Shown here: piece after piece, positions 51,741-64,000 of the stretch
Layout of the letters: each line of letters begins with the position of its first letter
Numbering within the stretch: position 1 is the first letter of the stretch
Assembly: GCA_951406725.2 (NCBI GenBank)
Contig: OX597823.1
Coordinates: forward strand, 69,688,001-69,752,000
Origin: Octopus vulgaris
Taxonomy: Eukaryota
DNA: 64,000 nt
Direction of reading: 5' to 3'
Translations under genes and position numbers: made by a program
The notes under the pieces: generated by a model
Seen by the model: only the letters and a program-made list of their open reading frames with translations
Databases searched by the model: none
What the model was told of the DNA's origin: nothing

Positions 51741-54700
51741 CTTCCACAAAGGAGAGGAACCATGGTGTAACCCACTATGGTGTGGTAAACTTTCAGACCC
51801 TAGTCTAGTTTGCGAATCCTCTGTACCCCGGGATGGTTCAGCTCTCCACCCGTTAAAAGACCACCGTTTACAGAATGAGGATAACAACGTGGCTTTCGCG
51901 CCCGTGCAACCGCCAGTCTATCGCGTGTGGTGGGTGGATCTTCAAGTTGCCACACGCATTCTTAGTAGCTTGGAGTAGGCTCGAATTAGAGATTATTCTT
52001 TGTGGCTAATGGCTTGAGTCTCGATTGGAAGAAGACAACAGCTTCACGTAGTGTTTTATCCTACTAAAACGCATTTCAAACATTAGCTTTTGAAAATTTG
52101 CACCATTCACTTGTTTCAGTCGTTGCTGATCTTGTTGTACAGCAAAATGCTCAGTTTCAAAATATTTTATATAAAATTTATTCCTCTATACAGCAATTTT
52201 GCATTTGTTATAAATTCTAGGTACGACATTTTGTGCCATTTTCACATATATAGTTGCAGTAACCCGTTTTTTTCTTAACTCATATTGTTTAATAATGCAT
52301 TCTTAAGTTGTTTTAACATATTTGTATCAAATATTTTACGCCCACATAGCAAAAGATTATTTCTTTATGTTGCCTACACACATTTCTATCAATTACGTGT
52401 ACTTTATTTATATATTTATTTATTTCGTGTTCTTGGCTTTTATAAGTTGTTGTGTCACGTTAAGAATGGAATTAGTTTCTTTTCATAGAGTTAAAAATAA
52501 TAATTCACAAATTTCCTTCTGCAGAATGACACCAGGCTTCATCGTTGCTAGACTTAGCCTCCAGGCAACTGTTTGTTGCTACACTTCAAACGACACGAAA
52601 TTGGTAACAAAATAGAATGTCAATTCCACTCAAATTGAATTTCAAAAATATTATAGTTCAAGTAAAACAAGTCGTTACCATCTGTAAATGAAGTCTGATT
52701 ATAGTCTTGAATTTCAGTTTTATGTTTTGTCTCTACATATTTATTAATTGATGTAAATGTTTAAGTATGTGCAAATTGATAACAATTTCCAAGGTGATAG
52801 ATAAAGTAATGAATAATGGTGTCTCACGTTGTTCATAATTTCTGAAATATGAGGAGAAGGTATCAAATTGAGTTTAATCGCCTCTTCAATGATGTGATCG
52901 ATCCCATAAGGTAAAAGACCATCGATATACAGAAGGGTTTAAGGAAACCAGTTTTCAACTATGTCAGCAATTAGTACGTAGAAACAGTTCAGAAATCGAT
53001 TATATTGGTTTGCTGTGATCAAGAAAAGAATGTCGGCGCTTCTTCGTTATTATTCTGCATCGCATATTTTTTCCCTGCCTTTTTAACATGACTAAATTAT
53101 AAATTATAGACTGTCCATTTGATCATGATACACTAAGTAGACTATTTCGCAAATAAGATCATTATATGACTGTGTAAGAAAGCTTTAACTTTTTGACAGC
53201 GTTAATCAATTTCATGGTCATTCCTGTGCTGATGTTAAATATCCACTGAAAATAGGATTGACATTTTCTGCTTCTTCGATACATCTTCAGTATCTTCTGT
53301 AGGTACAGTTTTTCATATCCACTACTAAAAGTATTTGATTCTTACTGTTTTATAGAGCAATACTTTATGTAATATGAGGTAAAAATTTCAGAAAATCTGA
53401 AAAAACTGTTTTGTATGTGTGTGTTTTATATATATTACACACAATAATTTCGATTGCAGTAAAATCTTCATGCATAGTGGTATAATATATACGGATGCAT
53501 GTGTGTGTGTGCACGCGCATCTGTGCATACTGCTTTTTTTAATAGCTTTGTATGGAAAAGGTGATGTGCTCATAGCCAGAAGAGTTGAGGTTCTTTTTCA
53601 AACAACAGCAGTTCGACGACTAAAGAAAAAAGTATCGTTAAGGGGAGAATTCCAAAGTTATAATTTTCTGGAGAGGAAGCATTACGTTAGGATATATAAC
53701 AGATGTGCCAATACATAGACACGTATGTTTTTATGTATGTATGCCCATTTGCAAATTACTGCTAATTCGAGATATTGGGAGGCCGAGAAGTTTGAATTGC
53801 AAAACTAACTGGGGTTAGTTTCCACTTAGCGAAGAATAAGGAGAGGATTTTTTTTTCAAAATCGTGTGGTAAAACTACTTTCTGCAGTTAAAGATAATAA
53901 AATTTTGTATGGATATAACGGCTTTGTTCCTTCAAACGCTTGATAAAACTTTAAACTTTGACATTGTATGGTATATTTAGTTTCCAAATACGTTGTTCTT
54001 CGTTGTTTTTCATTCAGTTCATTTCGTTTTAAAATGCAGCCATAATAATGAAAAACCGTCAAACACTCTACCAGGTTTCTTTCCCGGAAAGCAATGTTTC
54101 TGAGCACAGAATAAATAGATCAAGATTAGTAACTCAGGAGAGAAAAAAAAAGAGAAATCAACGTGTACGTATGCTTGCTTAATCGAGATCGCAATCTTAG
54201 AAATATGCATAACAATGTCAATCCAGTTCAATTTGAACTCAAAATCCACAAAATATCATAACATATGGCGTCTGTCACAAAATTTCTTGCTTGGGGAATC
54301 ATTGATATTCAGATGCTGACGCATCGTTGATTACTTTTTCCCCCTCGGGTCACAGATTCGAAGACAGAAATAGCTTTATTCAACGATAATAATATTGATA
54401 AAAACATTCTAGATGACAGGCATGTGATTGTCCCTCAGTTATATCTGAATTGATTACTTGCTTTGAACGCAATAGGTCAGTGCACTACATTTCCCTGTTC
54501 GTTGTATTTCTGTGACATACATCTATACTCTGCAAAATCAATCCTATTTATTATCTCACTTTCGATAATTACAAATCAAACTGAGTCTCAAATGAGATTA
54601 TTCATGACAGTTTAGACAAGGGAAGATTTGACCCATGTCATAATATTGATATAAATAGTATTTGAAATATGATTTATTGCTCTAAGAAAAATTTCCCAAT

Positions 54701-55259
54701 GATTCCTTAGAACGGGGAAATGGATTTAGCTGGAAAATCATTTCCATTTACCAAACCACCAAACGTATATTCTGTGTCAGATACATATCATTAATGACGA
54801 TTTCTCATGAACTCGACGCAAAGCCGAATTTGTGTTAGGCAGGAAGTTTACTTGATCTCAGTAAATTACGGATGTTTTATGCCCCATAGCAAGATCGAAA
54901 CTCAGAAGCCCGAGGGAAGAGATTAAGGACAATAAATCATTTAAGGTGAGCTAAACGGTATGAAAAACCTCTCTTGTCGTTTATCACTTTATCACAAATC
55001 ATCACTAATTCTGTACGAAGAACACATTAAAACTAATTACTCTAGCTCCGACTGAAGTGTAAGGATTCTCAACATTGCAATAGTTTGGTTTCTGCTTGCT
55101 TACTCTAATTAAGTTGTATCATAACTTATCTCAATTGTCAAAAGTGTTTGTTTTGAAAACCAAAATTTCAAGTAGTTTAGTGCGCTTAACAGTAACCTCA
55201 TGTAGTATTTCTGTACATATAGGTGCAGGCATGACTGTATGGTAAGAAGCTAGCTTCCC

Positions 55260-56580
55260 GTGCTAGCGTTGGTCTATTCACTGTGTTGATTTTTGACGAG
55301 TCGGATGGAATATTTTGGGCTGCTTAGCAGCGGTTTGTCAGTGAATGTTATACCGGTAGAAAAAATGTATTCAGACCTTAGCGAGTATGAGCTGTCCTCA
55401 GCAGAGGAGTTCGTTAAGGCGGTAAATAGAATGGACGAGCATTTGGAAAGATTAAAAAGTTTTGCTGAGGCTGCAGAGGTGAAGAAAAAGGAGGTGGACC
55501 TAGCCGGACTGAAGGAGCTGAGTAAGATGACACAGAAGGTGGGCGGTGACGTAAAGTTACTACCCACGAAAAGGGTCATGGAAAATATGGAAAAGAAGAC
55601 CATTACCTGCAAGGTGTACTCAGTGGAGAGTAGGAAGGTGGAGCGGATGGAGATGGAAAAAGTTGAAAAGGCATTGAAGGGGCTTTCGAAAGAAGTAACA
55701 TACTTAGCGAAAGGAAATGGATATGGGACGATGGTTGTCCAGTTTAAGACAGCGAAGGAGGCAAAGAGGCTGGCGAGGGCAAATGTAAAAACGGAGGAAG
55801 TGGTACTTCTACCTACGAAGCTTGGAAAAAGATTTCTAAGATGAGGCTAGAAGAAATTCCACCCAATATAGAAGTGGTTTGAGTTGCGACAGCCGTCCTC
55901 GTTGGAAGTGAGGAGGAGGTGGCTGTCCTCTAAGCCATGGAAACGGAGGATGGAGAGGAAAACACTGAACCTCATTATACAGGCAGAGAAGAGGTAATTG
56001 GAGAGTTTGGTGGAGACGGTGACGTTGGGAGAGATTGTGCTAAGAGTGTGGGTGGAGTGCAGGATCCCACGATGTTTTAAATGTGGCCAAAAGGGCCACG
56101 TTAGAGCGCACTGCCCTCTGCAGAGGAAAACGACAGAAGAAGCGGTGGTGGAGACGGAGGAAAAACAGGAAGAAGTACAGATAGATGGAAGGAACAAGGA
56201 GGATGACTGGACAGTGACAGAGAATAAAAGGAAAAAGAGAAAGAAGAGGAAGAACAGTTAGTGTGATGTGAGACCCCAGACCAACTCCAACTCGCCCCAG
56301 ACCACTCTGATCACCCTTCCCATACAGACACCAAACCCACCCACCCCCTCTCCTCACAGGAAAAAAAGAAAAAGAACAGACACCACAACATTTACCAGAC
56401 CCCTCCCCCACCGTGAAAAAAGGTTACGTGTACATGGAGGAGAGAGTGTTGTCACTCAGCGATGGGGGGAAACGGTAAACAAAAGAGATGAATGACTAAA
56501 GAGGACTCGGGACTCAGAGGTGGCGAGTAGTGTTACTCAGTGTGGGGTGAGTAACACACGTTTTATATTCTCATTTCTCT
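55260..56580 (+). mobile_element. Tx1/L1-like ORF1 (gag-like, CCHC zinc knuckle) element lacking ORF2
   Basis: ORF 55293-55844 continues past a stop (LEEIPPNIEV) and a frameshift into LRVWVECRIPRCFKCGQKGHVRAHCP, then the basic W..TENKRKKRKK; no endonuclease or RT follows. Confidence 0.75.
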
Positions 56581-58115
56581 TTCCCAATCCTAATGATCCA
56601 GCTGATCAACAATTCTCTCTGATTTCAGTTCCGGCAGAAAATTGATCATAGTGCTGCAAGCAATAAAATATTCAAGCCAACTGATCAGCAACTGCTACGT
56701 AGTTGTTCGACTTGCTAAAATAAGTAACAGAGCTTTGTCCATGTCACACTATATTGTCGTAAAAATCTACATTGACGTATTAACAGAGGTCTTCCTGTCT
56801 GTAATGTCTCTTAAATTAAAACAACATCATTAGTAGAACATAGAAAATCATAGGGTTGGTAAATTACCTCATCTGAAGATAAAGGAAAATAGCAAAACAT
56901 TCTTTAGAAATTTGTCAAATTCACTATTTTTGTTGAGGGATTAAAATTTTCGTCACACAACCGACACCTGTCCAACGACGCAGTCGCGCTCTGTCAGTTC
57001 AAATCCTCACAGTGTTGAAGTGAAGTAGTGTCTATGTCCAGGTCGCAGTAGTATGACAAAAAGTTTGTCACTTCAAGAACTAAATGAAACTCGAACAGGC
57101 TTTGTGGGTAAAAATAGCTCTTGCCCCAGTAATTGTCTCAGTTTCAATATTTAATAGAGTCTCAAGTGAAATCCGAAGCAATATATCATTGGAATCATTA
57201 TTGCATTATTGCTGTAACTTAGGCTGGTGAAGTTGTTGTAGGGGAAAACCTAGTGGAGAATGGGTTACTCAATGATACTTAATTTAGTTTATAGAGAAGA
57301 CTCATTTCAAGTGGTGGTTCACTAAAGGATCGACCTTACTCCGTTAATTGTTTCGTACCTTGTTAAATTCTGTAACCATCTGCACTCTCGTGACATTCAT
57401 TATTCTTAACTCGATTGAAATATTTCAAGTTTTTTTCCAATATTCTAATGCAGAGGAAATATGTCTGGTCTGCGGTATTTAACTGTCTACAAGTAACTCT
57501 TGAACGTTTGCTTCAATGAATTTTCACAAGTTTCCAAGTCACAAAAGACCAGAGGCATAGATTTACACTTTTACCATTCTCTTCCAAGAGAAGCTTTGCC
57601 ATTTACAAATTAATTGATTTTCTTTACAAACATTGTGTCATTTAAATTCCATTCACTGTCGTTTTCTTAATTATCTTCCAAAAGAAGCCAGTCGTCTTTT
57701 AAAAAAAAGATTCTGTATATTTTCATTTTGTATTATCTGTTGTGTCTTTTTACATGTTTAATGATTTCTATTAATTGATTTATTTATTTATCTAGCTATC
57801 ATTTATTTATATATTTATTTCTTTAGCTATCATTTATTTATTTATTTATTTATATAGCTATCATTTATTTATTTAACATTTATTTATCGTTTATTTATTT
57901 TTGGCTAGCAACCGTAGTAGGGTAGCAGAGTGATTAGAGCGTTGCAAATAAAAATGTCTTGCAGAATTTGTGTAAGCATTTTACATTCAGAGTTCAAATC
58001 GCGCTACGGTGAACTTTCTTTTCATACTTCAGGTAACAATAAAATAAATGTGGCATTGCACCAATGTCAGTAGAACTTCTTTTCAACGTAAATAAATTTT
58101 TCATATAGTGATATA

Positions 58116-58509
58116 CTAGCAGTATCGCCCGGCGTTGCTCGGGTTGTAAGGGAAATAACTATATAAGCATTTTTAGAGAGTTATAGCCAAAAAATAGCAA
58201 AAAAATGCATTAAAAATTGAAAAAAAATTAAGGTAAATTTTTTTTTAAATCGTTGACACATCGTAGATATTTTTAGAGAGTTACTTCCCTTATATAAAAG
58301 CGAAAAAATGCATTAAAATGGAAAAATATGATGGTAAATTTTTTTTAAATCGTAGACTCATCGTAGACGCACGCTAATACCCAGAAGGGCTCGATATGAA
58401 TCACGACTATAAGATACCCGCTTTTGGTTAAACTGCACCGCAAAATGTGGGAGTAGTTAGGAATCTAAATCGTAGGAGACAGACACACAACTTCACTCTT
58501 ATATAAAGA
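58116..58509 (-). mobile_element. Non-autonomous Helitron (394 bp)
   Basis: Reverse complement starts A|TCTTTATATAAGAG and ends CCCGAGCAACGCCGGG-CGATACTG-CTAG|T; internal direct repeat TTTTTAGAGAGTTA..AAAAAATGCATTAAAA..GGTAAATTTTTTT. Confidence 0.9.
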
Positions 58510-58859
58510 TGCTTTTTTTTTCAGTCATAGAGTTAGATTTATGAAGGTCTTCAGTAGAAAATCCTTCGAATTCTGACTCGCTGCTTGATATAATGAAATT
58601 CGTATCCATTTTTTGTCAGAATTACAAATTTTGAAAACACAATAGGAACAAATTTCTGAAAAAAATCTCCCATAATTCACGGAATTAAAATTACACTTCG
58701 ATTTTTGTACAAAACTGTAGTTGAAGTGTTTACGAAGTATAATACGTCTTTTCACGAATGTACTAAAGAGATTTGCTCTGATATTCTCATTTAAATATGA
58801 ATAGGTAAATTCGGGCGGCTTGGTAACGAAAGGGTTAAACGGATGCATACATTTATTAA

Positions 58860-59727
58860 TCTCTTATTATAATAACTATATATAAGTGTCGTCTGTTTAT
58901 ACATAAACACTGTTTCATACTGCAATTATATATACATATATCTATATATAATATTATATAATAAAATATATACAGAGTAAAATAAAAACCAATTTACCTT
59001 TTCTGTCCGTCCGTGTGTCTTTGCAAATGTGTTGGAATGATAAGTGAGTTGTGATTTGGCGCCTTTTTTACTAATAACAAACACACACGTGTTTGTATGT
59101 AGTTGTATGTGTATGTAGTTGTATGTAGTTGTATATGTATGTGTATGCGTGTGTGTGAGGAATGACACACACACACTCACGCACGCACACATGTACATCA
59201 ATGCTTTCGGAGTGATATGTTAAAATATTGAGTTTTCTCGAATTTTGTCTTAATTGGGGGTGAAATTGAAAGAAATATATTATGGCATGAGCGAATGGAG
59301 TACTTTGAAAAATCTTAGGTAAATTCTAATTGAAGAAATTGTGTGAGGAGTAAATGGTTATGTATTTATTTGTTTCTGTTTGCTGTGTTTTTTTATTTTT
59401 TGAGTAGTGGTTTAAATACTTTCAGTTTAGTCTTCCTCAAATCACTCTGTCGCTATTTACTTTCATTTTATTCGTTGCACACTGTGTGTGTGCGTTTGCG
59501 TGTGGTGTAAACCAGACTAAGAAAAGCATTTGACACACACACCAGAATGTGAGTTTTCTGTAAATTTTGCTTAATTGGAGTTTAAATTTTAAAAACTGAA
59601 CCTGGCATGACGCGATGCATTCTACTCTTAAAAATGCTAGGTAAATTGTAATTGAAGAAATCCTATATTGTAGATTTCTATAACTCCCAAAGGGAGGCAG
59701 ATAAAATCTGCCTTTTATAATAAGAGA
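58860..59727. mobile_element. Element bounded by inverted 13-bp TCTCTTATTATAA termini (Helitron-5'-like ends), with internal duplication
   Basis: A|TCTCTTATTATAA at 58860 and TTATAATAAGAGA|T at 59715-59727; 59230-59340 is similar to 59550-59660. Confidence 0.55.
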
Positions 59728-61600
59728 TTATTATTATTATTTATGCTCAAAGTTTCTGTGTTCATATCCCACTGGAGTCAACTATACCTTTCGTTATTTT
59801 AAGTCAGATAAAATAAGTATCATGTATGTAAAGGCATTATGTTGCCTCTTCTTGCCTATAGGTAGATTGGAATCCCTTGTGCTATCCAGCCTGTCCCTCT
59901 GGGCTTTGATTTCAAATCCCAGTGTACACATTCCAAGTTCTATCAATCCATGTTCTGGGTTGATGGAATTATGGAGCGTCGTGTGAAATGTCTTGCGATA
60001 CCTTTTTGCGTTCAGATTTCTAATTCTTCTTAGATGCTCGCTGCTAGACCAAAACTAATCACCCAGCCATGAGAGCGCGCCAGCCAAACCGCACTTAGCC
60101 ATCGTGCTCAGGTCAACTTACGTTTTTAAACCAACAAAGACCAGCTGTCAATAGCAAAATGTCGAATACAACGTAATGGAAAACCTTCTTCAAAGATTTG
60201 CGTCTTCATATCACTGTTGGAAATCTTCAATGTTACTGTAATTTAATAATTTCACTGTGTTTCTATCATGAAAGTTATATTTTTATAGAAATGAATGTCT
60301 ACACTGAGGATGCCTTTAACACAAAATGGTTTGAGACATTTAGTCATGGCTCTTAACATTCTGAGTTCAAATCCAGCTGAGATCATCTTTACTTTTCATT
60401 TCTTCAAGGTCGATAAAATAAAATGCCAATGGAGGAATGGAATCGATGGAATTGCAGAATTTGTGCCGAAATTAGAGATACACACAGGCATAATACTTAA
60501 TTCTCAGACAGATTCAAGGCAGACCTTGAAGAGAGGAGGCGCGTCATTGATGAGCAAAGGACTTTGGTAAAAAAAAAAAACAGATTGATTGTTTAACCAA
60601 AACATTAAACAAACGATCTGTTAGTTTGTTGGTTAGATATTTAACCCATTTGACTGATAATAAAGAAGTGATATTGAACCAGTGCGAGGGTTTATTATTA
60701 TTAGCGTAATGACTCTCCCAAGAAACAGCAAGATTTGTGTCAACACACGAATTCACATTAAGAATTTTGCAAACCAAATACAAAGTGTGTATGTGTGTGT
60801 GTGTATAATTTTAAGAACTATATACACTATACAATTTTAAACCGATGGCCGCTCAACGTATTATGCTTTTTGTATAAATTAAAAAGAGATAAAAAAGAAA
60901 AGGTACATAAACTACTCTCACATAAGTCAAAAATGAACGTCCTTATCTTCAGTACTACTTCATAGCATCTCTGATAGAAAAGAAATAACGGTAACGGTAT
61001 ATAAAATGACAAAAGCTATTCATTCTTCAAAACAAAATAAGCTTTATACGAAGGATTTACTTTTTTTAACTGATACCAAATCCATTAAACTTCCACCACT
61101 ACCACTACAATATATCTCCGCTCTTAATCTCATTTACTTTGCTGAAATTTTAGGTGTTCTTACCACTAGCTAGTGATGAGGATAAAACTCAGTCTCTGGA
61201 GAATGGTTAAGATACAAATAATCTGTGAATCGATCTCAACTACTTTGCAATATGTGTAAAGATAATTGTATAAAAATACATTTCAAGCACAAGGATTTGA
61301 ATTTCAATACGGAATCATTTCAAGCCAGGTAAACAAGACCAATAAGATATTCAAACATTAAAAAAGGAATAAAAGCAAGAAGAAATGAAGCTTATGAGCA
61401 AGCGCTGACGTTGCAAATCTATTGCAATCTTTTAAAAGTCAATAATTTTAATTATTAAGTTAAGACATCAAATTACTTTGGTTCTTATTCATATCTTTAC
61501 TTTGTTAGTATCTGAAATATCTATTTAAGCAGTAGTTATCCATTTACAACAAAACATTATTTACTATTCTGACAATATTTCTATCTAAGGCGGCAAGACG

Positions 61601-62460
61601 GGGCGAGCTGGCAGAAACGTTAGCACGCTGGGCGAAATACGTAGCCGTATTTCGTCTGCCGTTACGTTCTGAGTTCAAATTCTGCCGAGGTCCACTTTGC
61701 CTTTCATCCTTTCGGGGTCGATAAATTATGTACCAGTTACGCACTGGGGTCGATATAATCGACTTAATCCGCTTGTCTGTCCTTGTTTGTCCTGTCTGTG
61801 TTTAGCCCCTTGTGGGTAGTAAAGAAATAGGTAGTAAAGAATTAGAAATAGGTATTTCGTCTGCCGCTTCGTTCTGAGTTCAAATTCCGCCGAGGTCGAC
61901 TTTGCCTTTCATCCTTTCGGGGTCGATAAATTAAGTACTGAGGGCGATCTGATGGATTGGCCCCCTCGCCAAAAATTTTGGACCTTGCGCCTAGAGTAGA
62001 AAATACTATTTCTAAGGTGGTGAGCTGGCAGAATCGTTAGCACGCCGGGTGAAATGCTTAGCGGGATTTCGTCTGCCGTTACATTCTGAGTTCAAATTCT
62101 GCCGAAGTCGACTTTGCCTTTCCTTCTTTCGGGATCAATTAAATATGTACCAGTTACACACTGGAGTCGATGTAGTCGACTTAATCTCTGTCTTTGTTTG
62201 TCCCCTTTATGTTTAGTCCCCTGTGGACAATAAAAAAATAAATACTTCTTAGGAGGCGAGCTGGCAGAATCGCTAGCATGCCGGGCAGTATTTCGCTTGT
62301 CTTTACGTTCTGAGTTCAAATGCCGCTGGTGTCGACTTTGCTTTTCATCCTTTTGGGGTCGATAAATTATATACCATTGAAACACTGGGGTCAATGTAAT
62401 TGACTGGTCCCCTCTCCCAAAATTTCCTGCCTTGAGTCTATAGTGGAAAGGATTATTCTG
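61601..62460 (+). mobile_element. Head-to-tail array of 4 young family A SINEs (long, short, long, short tail)
   Basis: Units at about 61601, 61851 (5'-truncated), 62016 and 62252, all with GAGTTCAAAT and GCCTTTCATCCTTTCGGGGTCGATAAA-like cores. Confidence 0.9.
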
Positions 62461-63209
62461 ATAATATTTCTTTTTTTAATTTGACATAACGACGGAGCTT
62501 CTGCACGATCACTCAATTTGGTATAAATAGCAACCATATCTCTTTCTAATCAAATTAGACGATGTAGAGGGAAGGATACTTTGAATGATATAGTCTGAGC
62601 TACATCATTTCTAGAAAATTAATGTAGGAAAATAAAACTGGTGGTCACCGCTAAAGTATTATTGATCATAAGATTGCCTCAACGAGAGGCGACTTGGGTT
62701 ATAAAAGAAGCAATAAGAATAACAATAGCTATGTATAATAAATAACCCTGTAAAACTTTCAGCGACACCTGTTTCCACTTACCCAAGAGTTCAGATATCA
62801 ACTGCTACTGGACCATTTGAAGGAATTTTACACGAATAAGTGAGCCTACACTTGCTCACTAAACTTGCTAAACACAGTATTTTCATCTCTTTTAATTCCT
62901 ATCCTACTGTCTTAAGAAATATGAGAGCACTATATCTGGAAATAGATACACGATTATTTTGGGTCATAGATTTGGGGGGAATGATCTATAAGGAATAAAA
63001 TTAAAAGTTATTTTCTATTCCTTTCTACTATAGTCATAAACACGCTGACGGGAAATAACATCATTAGGTGAGACAAGCTGACTGAATCAGCTTCGCTGAC
63101 TGACAGGTGACGGTCGTTTAGAAAAGGCGCGGGCTAAAACTACGCGCCTTCACTAGTCAGTTAAGGTGAGACAGTGTCACGTGACAAAGGGGGCGCCCCG
63201 CCGTCACGT

Positions 63210-63325
63210 CAAAACGGTAGAGGAGTAGGGGCCGAAACCGGACGGGGTTCCTCCTGATGATGTCTTGAGCTAACTGGATCCTATAAAGGAGCTGTTGAGG
63301 TAGCAGACCACGAAACATGGTTGTA
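63210..63325 (+). ncRNA. Hammerhead-like motif, possible type III topology
   Basis: GTA-GAGGAG...TTCCTC-CTGATGA-T-GTCT..GCTA..TCCT-ATAA-AGGA..TAGC-AGAC-CAC-GAAA-C. Confidence 0.5.
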
Positions 63326-63479
63326 ATTCCAGTGCCATTACATTATTGTAATAACTTTAGAGGTATTTTTAATTGTAAGGTACTTTAATTACCAACTATA
63401 ATACATCCAGCTGACACTCGTGAGCAAGTATTCTTTAATGACATACTTTAAATAAATATTGAATGTGCGTCTATATTTG

Positions 63480-63717
63480 CGACTAGCCGTAGAAACCCTC
63501 TCGTCTCTATTTAACTGTGACTCAATGGCACATTCAGCATGTGAGCACAGCGGGAGAGACGGCTGCACCAGTACCCTGGTTGGTACACGTAGGAATTGTG
63601 CAGCTTGAAGCAATGTCAAATGAAGTGACATGCCCAAGGACACGAACAAGCAACCTGATTCGTACACCCTTATGGTCATGAATCGAAAGTTCTAACGACT
63701 TGCCTAAACACCTTCAC
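63480..63717 (-). mobile_element. Degenerate tRNA-derived SINE
   Basis: Reverse complement GTGAAGG..GTCGTTAGAACTTTCGATTCATGACCATAAG...GTGTCCTTGGGCATGTCACTT. Confidence 0.55.
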
Positions 63718-64000
63718 AGGTTTACCAAGATTAACACAGAAATAAAATTTTTAAATAACACATTTCATAGTGTGTAGCACTTGGTTATTCTTGCAACTTT
63801 TTGATACTCTGCATCTTCCTAACATTTATGTTGACATGACTGACGGGAAGACTGGCACTAAATTCTGCATTAATTGGTACAAGTCTAGCACTTCCCATTT
63901 GCTCTCTCCTACCAGTAAGTCCTTCACATTTTAAGAAGGAAATGGTCTGAGACCATTAAAACTGTAATTATATATTCTTCCTTTATATATATTTTATCAT

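Noticed and set aside
58815-58838. piggyBac-like terminus (..GGTAACGAAAGGG-TTAA)
   Set aside because: The matching opposite end was not found, so no element could be delimited.

Overview
This is an AT-rich, microsatellite-dense eukaryotic window with no host protein-coding exon that I can support. Its tRNA-derived SINE families resemble those I know from Octopus, so the source is probably an octopod intron or intergenic region (inference). Almost all recognisable content is transposon-derived: a degenerate mariner, two Ty3/Gypsy pol scraps, RTE fragments, a Tx1/L1-type ORF2 relic, a separate Tx1-type ORF1-only (CCHC) element, three R4/Dong-like restriction-endonuclease LINE relics, non-autonomous Helitrons, more than 25 SINE copies (several in head-to-tail arrays) and two Penelope-like (GIY-YIG) elements in (TA)n. 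The most interesting signal is a dense set of about 12 minimal hammerhead-ribozyme (HHR) motifs from at least 7 unrelated sequence families. They sit in short elements lodged in microsatellites, and several lie in fold-back palindromes. They include a compensated U3-A8 core in the Penelope 3' repeat, recurrent U4C cores, an A9C core and one possible type III (circularly permuted) fold. All alignments and folds were done by eye, coordinates of degenerate relics are approximate, and no ribozyme activity is demonstrated.
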